A DNA stretch of 64,000 nucleotides from Blastocladiella emersonii ATCC 22665. Taxonomy: Eukaryota; Fungi; Blastocladiomycota. Below the pieces are notes generated by a model. The model was not told where the DNA came from. It worked only from the letters and a program-made list of their open reading frames with translations, and did no database searches. The stretch is from assembly GCA_025594325.1 (NCBI GenBank), contig JANHCV010000003.1, positions 930,001-994,000 on the forward strand. The letters are read 5' to 3'. Position numbers and translations under genes: made by a program. Below, in pieces: positions 1 through 11,912 of the stretch (positions are counted from its first letter, which is position 1; each line of letters begins with the position of its first letter).

Positions 1-1198
1 CGGACGCGGACAGGATGCGCTTGGACACGATGCTCTGCATGACGAAGATGACGGTCGAGAGCGCGGCGAACGTGAACCCGATCGGGTTGAATGCCATGCT
101 CGCCTTCCCGAACGTGCAGGCGAGCACGACGCCGGCCATGAGCGGGACGAGGGCGACGTAGACGCGGGCCGGGTACTTGACGCCCCACCCGACGCGCGAC
201 ACGACGACGGTGAAGAGCGGCGAAAGCGCCTTGACCGTGTGGACGAACGCGACGGGGACGCGCGCCATGGCCATGGACGCGCACATGTGTCCGCCGAGCT
301 GGAACACGGCGAGCGGGGCCATCGTGCGGACGACGGCGCCGTCGAGCGGGCGCAGCGTGAACCACCCGCGCGCGTGGCCCAGCTGGCACAGCACGGCCAC
401 CGACGCGAACTGCGCCAGCGTCAGCGTCACCGGGTACGGGAACGACAGCAGGATCTGCTTCTTGGCGTTGTTGGTCAGCGCCGACGCCGCGTACCACCCG
501 AGACACAGCAGCGGCAGCGCCATGGACGCGAGGAAGGTGAAGATGCGCGCCCACGCCAGCGTGGCCGCGGCGGATACCGCACCGAGCAGCGAGCTCGAGG
601 TCGCGTGCGACGTCCATGACGCGCGCAGCGGCGAGCCCGGGCGGGATGAGGAGAAGGCGGGCGGCAGCAGCGAGAAGCTCGCGGACGACGACGACGGCGA
701 TCCATTGGCGGTAGCGCCCAGGAAGTAGTTTTGCACGTTGATCTGCACGCCGCGGCCGGCCTCGGCAAAGGCGCGCAGCGTGCGCGGCGACGGGAGGCCC
801 GCGAACACGCCGGAACTGCTCTTTTCGGAAGACGAGGGGGAAGCGCCCGCGCTCCCCGCGGCAGCGGCAACGTGCAGCAGCGACGACGGCTTGTGCTTGG
901 CCGAGTACTCGTAGGACGGCGGCGGGAGGAGCGACGGCGGTTGCATCGGTTGTGATGGCGATGGGTCAAAGTAGCCCGAGTCGGACGCCTCGGGCATGCC
1001 GATGGCGACGCTGCCCGAGCTGCTCCGTGACGCGGAGGCCGTGGTGGTGGTGGCGGCGAGGTAGGACGCGGCCGAGGTGCTGCGCGAGTGGTGGATCAGG
1101 CGGCGCATGGGGGTGCCGGCGAGCCCGCCGTTGGGCGCCATGGCCGAGGCCTCGTGGCTCGGCGACGATGGCCGCGGCGCTGCGTGGTGGTGCTGCAT
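1..1198 (-). CDS. Triose-phosphate/nucleotide-sugar transporter family protein (SLC35E1/Sly41-like); 3' end runs off the window
   Basis: Hand translation of the minus strand (missing from the ORF track because it is edge-truncated): ATG at 1198, low-complexity N-terminus, then CLGWYAASALTNN..KQIL.SFPYPVTLTLAQF...FQLGGH.CAS.AMARVPVAFVHTVKALSPLFTV, typical of the TPT family. Confidence 0.85.
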   Translation of the reverse strand, partial: MQHHHAAPRPSSPSHEASAMAPNGGLAGTPMRRLIHHSRSTSAASYLAATTTTASASRSSSGSVAIGMPEASDSGYFDPSPSQPMQPPSLLPPPSYEYSAKHKPSSLLHVAAAAGSAGASPSSSEKSSSGVFAGLPSPRTLRAFAEAGRGVQINVQNYFLGATANGSPSSSSASFSLLPPAFSSSRPGSPLRASWTSHATSSSLLGAVSAAATLAWARIFTFLASMALPLLCLGWYAASALTNNAKKQILLSFPYPVTLTLAQFASVAVLCQLGHARGWFTLRPLDGAVVRTMAPLAVFQLGGHMCASMAMARVPVAFVHTVKALSPLFTVVVSRVGWGVKYPARVYVALVPLMAGVVLACTFGKASMAFNPIGFTFAALSTVIFVMQSIVSKRILSAS

Positions 1199-1627
1199 GA
1201 TACTGGGTGATGGAGGGTGCAGTCGCAGCGGTGGTGGAGAGAGATGCGAGCAAGCGGCTGCAGGCTGCCCCCCTTCTAGTGCTGCGTGGCGTGTCTATGG
1301 GAGCGCGGATGGCTCGTCTATGAAAGTGCGGGAATCGAAGCTTGGGAGCGGCAGCGGCCGCGGAAGAGAAGTCGGTGGGCGCCCACGCCAGCGGGCGGCG
1401 CCGCAAGACGGCCGGCTCGAACAAAACGCCACAAATTGCACGGCGAATCGCAAGTCGCGACGCATCACCTGATGCGCCCGCACCCGAACGACGCGTTATC
1501 GGCGCGTCGCGCAATGTCTCGCACCTCACATGATGTCTCGCGCCCTCCCTCTCTCTCCCGCCCGTATCACGCGCGCCGCCTGTCTCGCGTCGCGCCCCCC
1601 GACCACGGCCACCGTCACGAGGGCACT

Positions 1628-2095
1628 ATGAGCAGCGCACAACCGCATCCCGTGCTCGCCACCGTGGCCACGATCGCCGCGCCGGCCACGTACCGCCTCA
1701 CGACCGCGGGCGACTTTGTCGCGTGGACCGCCGCCGTACCCGACCCCGCCGTGTTCCCGATCCGCACCGTGGGCCGACTTACGGCCATCGACCTCACCGC
1801 CACCTCGGCCACGCTCACCGTCGACGACCACCAGCGGCCCGGCGTCGCTGCCGCCGTTCTCGAGCTCGATCTCGCACAAATCCTCGACTTGGCCGCCTCG
1901 CTGGCTGCGGGCACGCAGGTCGACGTGGCCGGCACGCTCGAGGTCCGCGCCGCGCCGTCCAAGTTTGCGCTCCAGGCGACGCTGCTCCGGCCCGCCGAGA
2001 ACCTCGACGCAGCGCTGTGGATGCTCTCCGCCGAGAAGCTGCGCGCTCTCGTCGCGACGGCGGCGCCACCTCCTACGACGACCGGCGGCAGCTGA
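1628..2095 (+). CDS. TEN1: Small OB-fold protein, TEN1-like (CST telomere-capping subunit)
   Basis: 155-aa ORF from ATG 1628 with IRTVGRLTAID, GTQVDVAGTLE and LQATLLRPAENLDAALW, resembling the Ten1 pattern (RxxGrl..yD ... G.wV.V.G ... lqA...r...lDl.ly). An RPA3 or RMI2-type OB fold is not excluded. Confidence 0.5.
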   Translation: MSSAQPHPVLATVATIAAPATYRLTTAGDFVAWTAAVPDPAVFPIRTVGRLTAIDLTATSATLTVDDHQRPGVAAAVLELDLAQILDLAASLAAGTQVDVAGTLEVRAAPSKFALQATLLRPAENLDAALWMLSAEKLRALVATAAPPPTTTGGS

Positions 2096-2222
2096 GCCTC
2101 CGCCGCTGGGAGACACGCGTCACGCGGTGGGAACGATCGGCCAGCTGGCCGGGTTACGCGCGTCCCTTCCTTCCTTCACGCTCTCCTTCCTCGCAATTGT
2201 ACATGAACCAAACCGACCACGA

Positions 2223-3233
2223 ATGAATCCAACGCACTCGCCGCACCCGCTCCCCGTGCGCCACCCGCGGGCGGCGCCCGTGAAGCCGCGGCGCACGCAG
2301 GACGCGTCGCGCGCCCGCGACCTCCTCGTCGAGCTGCGCGGCATCGCCGCCTCGGCGTTCCGCGAGAACCTGTCGTTGCGCCAGAAGCTTGAGACGATCC
2401 CTCGTGATCCCGTCATTGCGGTCGCCGCGCAGGACATTGCGGAGATCGCGGGGTCGCTCATCGCCATGGCCGCCGAGCTCGAGCCGCTCACGCCGCGGTC
2501 GCGCAGTGAGAGAGGACCGCCGACGGCGCTGCTCTCGTACAAGGACCAGTCGACCGACACGGACCCGGCTCCGAGCTGCGACCCTGTCGCCGTGCCCATC
2601 GTGAACGAGGCCGCCGCTCCCTCGGTCCGCCATAGCCCTTCTCCCACGGTCCACCGCAGCCCGTCTCCCCGCATCCCTTCTCCCGCCTCGGCAAGCGACA
2701 ACCACGACCGCGACCGCGACGACGACCACGGCGACGACGCCGAGTCCAACTCGTCGTTCCAGCTCATCACCGTCGGCGACACGTCCGAGCTCGCCGACCC
2801 CGCGGCAGGCGACAACGACACCCTTCCTACCGCCGCGGCCGACTCTGTCCCGCGCGAACCCACCCCGACCCCCGCCGCCGCCATCTCGGACCAAGCGCGT
2901 ATCGCACACCTCGAGTCGCTGTGCACCGGCCTCGCGCAACTGATCTGGCGCGCGACGCGATCCGCGCACGTGAACCCGACCGCCGACACCCCGGCCCCGC
3001 CGCTCGCACCACGGGACGACACCGTCGACGCCATTCCGCGCTTCCTGGCCGCCGCCGAGGACCGACTCGCCCCGCTCGTCGACGCAGCGCTCGCGCGGGA
3101 CCTGCTGACGGGCTCGCCGGGCCCGCTGCTCATCGACCTAGCGTCGCCCGCGGGGCTGCGCGACCTGCTGGAGCCGCCGCTCGATGCCGACGATGTGATG
3201 CGGTTCTTGCAGCCCGACGATCTCGAGATTTGA
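2223..3233 (+). CDS. Hypothetical protein (N-terminal coiled coil, Pro/Ser/acidic linker)
   Basis: ATG 2223 in frame with ORF 1716-3233; natural amino-acid composition and GC3-rich codons; no family recognised. Confidence 0.6.
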   Translation: MNPTHSPHPLPVRHPRAAPVKPRRTQDASRARDLLVELRGIAASAFRENLSLRQKLETIPRDPVIAVAAQDIAEIAGSLIAMAAELEPLTPRSRSERGPPTALLSYKDQSTDTDPAPSCDPVAVPIVNEAAAPSVRHSPSPTVHRSPSPRIPSPASASDNHDRDRDDDHGDDAESNSSFQLITVGDTSELADPAAGDNDTLPTAAADSVPREPTPTPAAAISDQARIAHLESLCTGLAQLIWRATRSAHVNPTADTPAPPLAPRDDTVDAIPRFLAAAEDRLAPLVDAALARDLLTGSPGPLLIDLASPAGLRDLLEPPLDADDVMRFLQPDDLEI

Positions 3234-3267
3234 TATGAAGACATTTGTATACACACTCACCCGCATT

Positions 3268-5075
3268 TCACGCAACCCGGCGCCGCACACACGCGAGCGG
3301 GAACACGCCCGCGCGGCCCTGTGCGTTGACGCCCGCGGCCCACCCGTCCTGGTACTCGGCCGTGACGCGGACCACGTCGCCGGGACGGACCACGAGCTCG
3401 TCGACGAGTTCGGGCTCGAAGCCTGCGATCGCGTCGGCGAGGTACAGGGTCGGGAGGAGGATTACGGGCGGCAGTGCGGGGACCGGGTCGATGCTCGCGC
3501 CCGTCGTGTTCACGCCCACGGCGCTGTCGTTATCCCCATCACTCGTCGCCGCCGTCGAGAAGATTGCCGGCCGCGCGGGCCGCGTCAGGTTGTGCACGTG
3601 TCCGTAGCTCGACGACGCGGGGTTCGTCGGGTCGACGGTCGCGTGCGGCGACTTGACTGAACGTGGCGTGTCGAGGAACGAGAGACGTGACAGGGACGAG
3701 GCCGGCGAGTGATCCCCACCGCCGTTGGGCGTCGTCGGCGTGGGCGGGTACGGCGGCGGCGGCGGGAGCGCGCGGGCGACGTTGGTCGCCGGGACCCGCG
3801 CCGTGAGCGCGATGGGCGCGGCGGCCGCGGGCTTCTCGAGCTTGGCCGGCGAGTGGTTCTGCGCTGAAGCGGTCATTTCGACGGCGGGGACCGGCGGGAA
3901 CCCGGACCGCGGAATCGTGCTAGTGGGTGGCGGGACGTTCTTGGCGCCCTGCGCCTGCGCCCGTGCACGGCGGCGGCGGATGCAGCAGAACGCGGTGACA
4001 CTGGCGGCGATCAGGACGAGCGCGCCGCCGCCCGCGGCCGCGGCGATGATAATGGTGCGCTTCTTCTTGCTGCTGCTGTCGTCCTTCTTCTTGTCGTCAT
4101 CGTCGTCGTCATCGTGGTGGCTCGAGTCAGCCTTCTTCTTATCGTCGTCTTGGTGGTCGTCGTCCGTCGAGTGCGACTTACCCGGCTCAGCGGAGCACAC
4201 AAGCCCGTCGGCCTTGCACCCGGCCGCGCACGCCGCGTCGTGGGACTCGTACCCGCACTTGCCCGCGCGGTCCTCGTTGTTCTTCGCGCTAATACACTGG
4301 AGCGGCGACTGCTGCGCATGCTGCGCAGCGGCGCCGCCGCCGAGATCGATGCCGCGGTAGAAGGCCGTGGGCTCGATCGCCGCGAGCGCGGTGCGCAGCG
4401 TGTCGGCGTTCGGGAACACGGGCGCGTTGGTCGTCGGGGACACGCACTGGCCCGCGGTAATGGCGGTGGCAACCGACTTGAAGAACTCGTTCCCGTCGTC
4501 GGTGCACAGGTACGTCGGGGCGCGGCCGACCGAGCACGACGCGGTGCCCGAGGCCGACGCGAACTGGTTCATCTGCCACGCGCACAGGAACGACGTGAAG
4601 TACCGGATCGGGACCGACGGGGCGAACGTGCACCCGAGCGTCGCGGTGAAGAACACGTCGCGGTGTTTGAGGTACGAGTTGCGCTACACCGCGGCGTCGA
4701 TGTGTGTTAGTGGCGCGTCCGTGGCCGTGCGCGCGGTGGATGAGCCCGCCGTACCATGACGTTATCAAAGTCGCGCGGATTCCCGAGCTGGCCCGCGGGA
4801 ATCTCGAGCCTGGCCACGGTCTCGTCGATGCCCGGCTTCGCGGGCGCGCCCGTGGCCTGGCCGGCGAACCGCAGCGCGAACCCGTTGCGCTGGTCGCGCG
4901 GGACTTGCACGCCGACCGTCGACCACGCTGGGCACGTCGTCGACGACATGAGCGGCAGGCAGTCGGGCGAGGCGGCGCCGATTTGGGCAAAGGTCCCGTT
5001 GAACCGGCCGGGGCGGTTTTGCGGGGCCGCGGTGGCGAGGGTCGCGAGGAGGAGGAGAATGGCGAGGAGGGGCAT
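3268..5075 (-). CDS. Single-pass membrane protein: signal peptide, Cys-rich ectodomain, TM helix, C-terminal SH3 domain; join(4755..5075, 3268..4683)
   Basis: MPLLAILLLLATLATAA signal; intron 4684-4754 (GTACGG...CTAAC...GTAG) joins the frames; TM TIIIAAAAGGGALVLIAASVTAFCCI; SH3 YLADAIAGFEPELVDELVVRPGDVVRVTAEYQDGWAAG...GVFPLACV. Confidence 0.85.
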
Positions 5076-5739
5076 GGTGGTGGACCGTGGCCGCGGTTGG
5101 GGCGATGGCCGTGATGTTGTCATGATGGCGGTGGTGATGGCGGTCTAGGACTGCGACGAGATCCAGCTCGTCCGCGTGTACGAGGTCTAAGACTGATGAT
5201 GGGTGTAGTGTTGCCGAGAGCGAGGAGGTGCGGACGTAGAGCTGATTCTTGTGGGCTGCCGTTGCCTCGGACAAGCGGATGACGTTGCTGCAGCTGGTGT
5301 TGCCGTTGCACGGATGCTGCGGGCCCGAATCGAAAGAACGCAAGCAAGCGCAGCGTGGGTGACGATGAGGTTTGATGAAGCGCAGAGGAGAGGGAAGTGA
5401 AGCCAGCCTTCGCGCCACCGAGCAACGGCCCAACCCAAGCCACCCATGTGGCGGGTTCGTTTGATGGCTTGGGCGCGTTCGAGTCCATGGTGGCGCAGCG
5501 CGACTCACGCGTGGCCGCGCTGGCAGGCAAGTGCAAGTCCGGCGTGGTCGCGGCCGCTCCCTGCGCGGGGCAGGCAGCGAGTGATCTCTCAGTGCAAGTG
5601 CAGGAGGAGGAGCCGAAAATGCTTTTTGCAAGGACGCGAGGTGAGAGAGAGGATACATAGTAAAAGAGAAAATGTAGACTACACGAGATGGTGGAAGGGA
5701 GAGGTAGGAGAGGGGAGGAAGGAAAGGGAGACTCGAGAA

Positions 5740-8700
5740 TCACTCCATGTGCACGAACTCGGCCATCATGTCGCCGGCGATCGGCGACGTCGGGCTTGTG
5801 CCGAGCGGGACCATGCTGGCGCCGGGCGGCAGCGGGTGCGGGACCATGGCGGGCGAGCTGTAGTAGCCGATCGGGATCTGCACCCCGCCGCCGCCCACAC
5901 CGGCCGCGGACATGGCGGGGCTGCCCGGCTGCATCGTCGACCCGCGCCGCTGCTGGTGCATCTGCTGTTGCTGCTGCTGCTGCTGGTGCTGGTGGAACGA
6001 CGCGAACCCGGCCATCATCTGCTGGTCGGGACCCAGCATCGACCCGGGCCCGGCCGCCGCGATCTGGATGCTCTTGTACCCGCCGCCGGCCGCGGGTGGT
6101 GCACCGCCGCCGCCCGATGGCATGAGCGTCATGGTCGGCGCGCCCGCGGACCCGACGGGCGTGCCGGTGCGCGCGATCGGGACGGGCCCGTTGGACGGCA
6201 TGTACATGCCGTACCCGGTCTGGTACGCGGGGTTGCCGCCGTTGCCCGTATTGTTGGTGGTCGCGGGCATGACCATGGCCTGCGCCTGCTGCTGCTGCTG
6301 CTGCGGCTGGCCGGTCCCGTTTGCGTTGACGGGGATCATCATCATCATGGGCGCGGGCTGGCCCTGCTGCTGCTGCGGCGAGTAGAACATGCCCGATGGC
6401 GCGGGCACTGTGATGGCCTGCATCTGCTGCTGCGGCTGACCGTTCGGCTGCTGGGCGAGCATCTGCGGGATCCCCGTCGCCGCCGCCGACGTGCTCGCGG
6501 CGGGCGCGGCGCCAGCGGGCGAAATGAACTGGATCGGGACCTCGAGCGTGTTGCCGTCCTGGAGCAGCACGCGGAACGTCTGGACGCCGCCGTTGGCCGC
6601 GGCGAGCATCGTGGGCTGCTGCTGCATCGACATCTGGGCCTGCTGCTGCGCCTGCGCCTGCGCCTGCGCCTGCGCCTGCGCCTGCGCCTGCGCCTGCTGC
6701 TGCTGCGCTTGCCGCTGCTGGTCCTCGACCTGCCCGTTACCAAACTGCTGCATCGCGAACGGGAACTGCATGAGCGGGTTCCCGGACCCGGACATGGCCG
6801 CGACGGCCGCGGCCGCCGCCTGCTGTTGTTGCTGCTGCTGCTGATGCATCTTCATGAGCTCGTCGAGGCTGTGCGTGTGCATGAGCGCCGGCGGCGCGTT
6901 GTTGCTGACGAACATCTGCTGCTGCTGCTGCTGCTGTTGCTGGGCGCCGACCGCGGGGAGGATCGTCGACGCCGGGCGCTGCTGCTGCTGCATCGCGGAC
7001 CGCGGCGGGGCAGGCGTCGCGCCCGTGTCAGCGACGCCGGGGACGGGGAGCGACCCGGGCCGCTGCAGCGGCGACAGCCCGTGATTCACGGCGAACGCGG
7101 ACGGCGCGGTCGCGACGGGCGCAGCGAGCGGGGCCGAGGCCGTGGCGACGACGGCGGGAGTCGGCGCGGTCGCAGGTGGTGGTGGGGCGGACTCGGCCGC
7201 TGTTGGTGGTGGCGCGGGAGCAGAAGAAACCGGCGCGGGTGCCGACGAGGCTGGCGCCGAAGCTTTCGACGCTTTCGGGGTAGCGGCAGCAGCAGCCAAG
7301 CCGTTCGCCGCCGCCCCCGCCGCAGCGTTCTTGCCGCGGGTCTTGTTGGACGTGCGGTTGCGCTTCTTGATCACGTCGGAGCGCATCTCGACGGGCCGCA
7401 CGGCGCCGTGGAGCTTGAGGTACAGGCCGCACGCGTTGCACAGGGGCTCGCCGTTCTAACGCGCGGGAAATTCGAGTCAGCAAGAGGGCGGTGAGCGGCG
7501 AGTAGCGCGAGCGAGATGAGTACCTCGCCGCGGCGCCACAGCGGGGTCGTGGTGGTGTGGCAGTTGGCGCAGGTGAAGTTGTGGTTGTTGCGGCGGCCGC
7601 TGCCGCTGGTCCCGCTCGACTTGCCGCCGCCGGACGCGGCGGGCGGCTCGACCTTGGCCTTGCTCGACGCTGCCGAGGATGACGCTACGGGAGCAGCAGC
7701 AGCGGTACTCGTCGAAGCGGATGCGGTCGCGTCGCCGGAACCGGCTACCGGCGCGTTGAGCGACATGGACGCGGGCGCGACGTGCTGCTGGTGATGGTGG
7801 TGGTTCTGGAGCAGCATGGTGTCGTAGGTCGGCGACGAGGCGCCCGAGTTGATGGGCGAGACGGGCGCTGAGTTGGACTGCTGGTGCTGCGTGAGGAGCG
7901 GGCGCGGGTTCGGAGTCGGCGTCGGGTCGACGGCCATGGCACTCGACGACGACGACGATGCGGCCGAGGCAGCAGCAGCAGCCGCGGCGTCCATGCCCTC
8001 GCTGATACTCGCCTGCCTTGGCCGCTTCGTCTTGCGGTGCTCGGTGGCGGACGAGTTGGGCGCGGCGGCGCCGGGCAGCGTCGCGCCGACGTACGGCGAC
8101 TGCGCGGCGACCGACTGCAGCGCGGCGACGGCCGAGGCGGCGCTCGCGACGTTCACGCCGGCGGGCGTCGGCGGGATCGAGTACGGGTAGTAGCCCGGCG
8201 GCGCGCCCGCAGCGGCAGCGGCAGCCGCAGCCGCGGTGCCGGCGTACATGTAGGGCGGGAGGAAGCCGGGCGGCAGACCGGTGCCGGGGGCGCTGCTGGT
8301 GGCGGCAGGGCGCATCGGGTACGGCGCAGCAGCGGCACCGGAGGTGGTGGTGGTGTGCGTGGCCTCCATGGCGAGGTACCGCTCAAAGTCGGCCATGGTC
8401 GAGTCGGCGCCCGGCGCGCCCGAGGGGCCGGCGAGGCCGGGGTAGCCGACGACCATGGCGGGAGCGGACGACGACGAGGACGACGGGTCGGTCGGGATGA
8501 CAAACGCGCCGCCGGCCGGGAGGAACGGCGACGGGCCCTGCGGCGCGGCGAAGGTCGACGACGAGTCGGCGGGACGCGAGATGCCGACGGGCGGCGACGA
8601 GCGCTTCTCGACATCCACGTCCATGCCCGTCTCGGCATCGGGCGCGGCGGCGACCGGCGCAGTGTAGGCGCCCCAGATGGGATGGGCACGGGCGGGCTGC

Positions 8701-9407
8701 TGCTGCGGCTGCTGCGACGCCGGGTGCGGGGCCGCCAGCGGTGCGCTGGCCGCGTCGGTGTTGGAGACGACGAGGTGATCGGCGGAGCGGGCGCGGGTGA
8801 CGGAGCGGTCGGCGTCGCAGAGGGCGTCGGTCGACATGGGCGGCGCCGCGTCGCCCCCGGCCGAGCTGGACGGCGCGGGTGCGAGCGGCGAGTCGACGGA
8901 CGCGCGGCGGGCGGTGCGCGCCGAGGAGCCCGACGACGAGCCGAGCGGACCGGCGCTCCCGGCGCGGCGGGCGGCGGCCGACTCGGCGAGGGCGCGCAGC
9001 GGGTCCTCGTCGTCCTTGGGGAGGCTCAGCGCCATGAGGCGCCAGGTGAGGTTCTCCATGCGCTTGCCATTGGGCAGGGCGTCCTTGGCCTTGGTGTACA
9101 GCTTCCACAGCTCCTGGTTCTCGTCGGGGGTGTCGATGACCTGGATGTTGCGCTGCTTCTCGGGGAACAGCGTGCCGGCGAGCACCTGCGACACGAGCCG
9201 CGTCGTCTTGGTCGGCGCCGCGGGCGACTCGCTGCGGCGCGCACGGGCGCTGGCGCTGGTGGTGCTGCCGCCATCGGCGGGCGCGGCGGCGGGCGCGACG
9301 GCAGCCGGCGCAGCGGGCGGGTCGCTGTCCATGTGGTCGATGTGGTGGGTCGTCGGTGCATGGTCGGGGTGGTGGAGGGAGCCGGGCGGAGGCGAGGAGC
9401 GCGACAT
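5740..9407 (-). CDS. areA: AreA/Gat1-like GATA zinc-finger transcription factor (~1199 aa); join(7524..9407, 5740..7455)
   Basis: N-terminal [29 protein letters not shown] (AreA/Gat1 N-terminal motif). After removing intron 7456-7523 the finger reads [37 protein letters not shown] (C-x2-C-x17-C-x2-C). Orthology is inferred. Confidence 0.85.
6646..6693 (-). repeat. (CTGCGC)x8 hexamer microsatellite encoding a QA dipeptide run in the GATA factor
   Basis: Eight exact tandem copies, read directly. Confidence 0.9.
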
Positions 9408-11912
9408 GGCTGCGGCGCGGGCGGCCACGGGTGCGGTTCCGGGAGCGATGGGCGAGTGCGAGGGCGAGTGCGAGCAGGAGCGACTGTAGGGAGGGGAGAG
9501 ACGATTGCGGGGACTCTGCTGCAGCTCACAGCACGGAGGGGAGGGAGGGGCGGGGGAGCGGGCAGCGAGAAGGAGGCGGCCGAGACGAAGGCCCGGGTGG
9601 CGGTGGCAGCGGGTCGAGGAAGCGCAACGCGGCCGGCCGTCAAAGTCGCCAGCGCGCAGCGCCGAGGCCCCAAGAGCGGCACGATTCCGAGTCCTGCCGG
9701 TCGCCGTCGCCGCAGGCAAGCAAGCTTCTCTCCTGCACAACGCGGTGCCGGTGCACAGCAAATCGGGAGCAGCCGCGACAGCAACGAGGCCGGAACGAGG
9801 GCCGATTGGACGCAACCGATGGAACCGAGCCGGCGGCCGCAGATGACGTCCCTGACTGCGCCGAGATACGCGTGCGCGAGCAGGCGAGGGCCGCGCGCGT
9901 GGGCTACGGGTGGTGCATGAAGGGCGGGAGATCAGCAACGCCGTCGAGAGGGGAGCGTGAAAAGGCGGCAGCTGCTGCGCCGCCCGCTACATGCAGGACG
10001 TACCCGAGGGGGAAACCGAGCGTGATGGGCCGCGGTGAGACGCTGGCCGTGCTCGTCGTTGCCGAGATGGAGGGCGCGACAGACAGGACAGCAAGGCGTG
10101 CCGATGCCGGTGATCGAGGGCCGATGGGGTCGGCGGCGCTCGCTGGTCGGTGGCCGCGGGTCAAGGTCGAGGGGAAGCAGAGGACCGGTCAAGCGGTTGA
10201 CGGTCAGAGGCCGTCTGGTGCCGGGCGCAGTCGATGCAGGTGCGGGGGAACCGCCGGGACGCTCGCCGAGGTGCAAACACTCGAGAGCGGCAGCGACTGG
10301 CGGAGGGGCTGCGGGCGGGGCGCGCGGTCGGTCGCAGGTGTCCTTGGGTTGAGTAGAGAGCAACCGGGCGAGCAAGGGAGCACACAGATCCGTCCGTTGC
10401 AGGTCGAGGGTCGAGGTGGATGGACGAGGAGAGCAGAGCTGGAGGAGAGGAGAGCAGCGTCGACCGATGGCCCCATCGGCGTGGCTTGGCCGGAAGCATG
10501 TGTCAGGTGACGGCGCGTGCCCAAGGCCGAACGCGTCCCGCCGCACCGCACCCGGCTCCTCCCGCGATTGGGCAGGGACGCGCCGCGCCGCGCCGCGCTT
10601 CTCGCGACCGCACCGACCTGCCGCCCACCTGGCTGGCCGCCTCGCTCTGAGCGGAGCCGCCGTGAACCTGGAGAGCGCGCGAGTGGCTCACGCTTTCGGC
10701 TGCTGGTCGCGCGCTTTCGGTCGGTCCAACACGGACGCCCTCGGGGCCCGCCTGCGAGGCGAGCATCGCGATCGGCGGCGCACTTGAACTCTGTCGGCGA
10801 CACGGCTACAGCAGGCCCCTCTGAGAGCGGGACCTGGGCGCTGCCCGCCTGCCGAACTCGCGACTAGACCTCAGCGTGGTCGGCCATCGGCGAGACTTGC
10901 CGCTGCGGCCGGACCAAGCTCATCGTTGCCTCTTACGACCGCCCTCAGCCTGCGCCCTCGCCTCCAACGCTTCTGCAGCACGCCCTCAACCGCACATGGT
11001 CGCCCGTCACCCCATCGACTCGTCGGCGGCACGCGCGATGAGAGCGCCTTGGTGTCGCACCCGCATGTCTCGGCCGCACGGCTCTGCGAGACTGATGAGC
11101 GCGAGACGGCCACGGCACCTCCTCGACGGCCGGCGCCTCGGAACGCCTGTGTGCCTACTCCCTCCCTCACGTTGACCGCGAACCCGGACAAACTGCAGAC
11201 CGCGACCCGCCGCCGCCCGACCGTCCACTCGCACACATTGCGACTCTTGCACTCGCGCACCAAGCTACCCGCCAGCCGGCCGGTCCATCCATCGCATCGC
11301 ATCGGCGAGCCCGAAGCGAGAGAGAAGAGAGAAGCGAGAAGGGAGAAAATCGCGGAGCGGTACGTGTCGCGTGTGCCCGCTCCAGCCGCCGCAGCCACCG
11401 CCCCCGAGTCTGCGCCTTCGCCGCCGCTCCCCCTCCCCGGCTCCGCAGTCGTCGCCACCACGCATCTCGCTTGTATCGAGTCGGCACTTGCTGCAACCGC
11501 TCCTGTTTGGCCGCGACTGCCTCCCGGCGCTCCCGCACCCGCCGTCTCGCCGCGCGACCGACCGACGCGCCCCTCCCCGCCGCCCCGCCCGTTCACAAAC
11601 ACACGGGACCACCGCGACGCCACCAGTCCGCGCTGCCCCTTCACCTCCACCTCGACCTCGACCGCCGCTGCTGTCCACCGTCGTCGCTGCTCGCTGCTGC
11701 TGCGCCGTGCCAACTGTGCGCATCACATCTCCCGCCTCCCCCGATTTTGCGCGCGCGCCGGTCGCCGCCGGCCCACGCCACGCCACCGCAACCCCGCTCC
11801 GCTCGCTCTCCACACTCCTCCCCCTCCCGCTGCTTCACGACAGCTCGGCTGACACTTGCCCGCCCGCCGCGACCGACTCCAGAGCTACCCAGCACCGCCA
11901 CCAACCACCACC

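Noticed and set aside
5446-9920. Long plus-strand ORFs 5446-7494 (682 aa) and 7884-9920 (678 aa)
   Set aside because: Antisense shadows of the GATA gene; Arg/Gly-rich translations arise from high GC3.
9356-11850. ORFs of 200-384 aa between the GATA gene and RHO1
   Set aside because: Arg/Pro/Ala-rich, no motifs and no host codon pattern; consistent with GC-rich promoter/UTR DNA.
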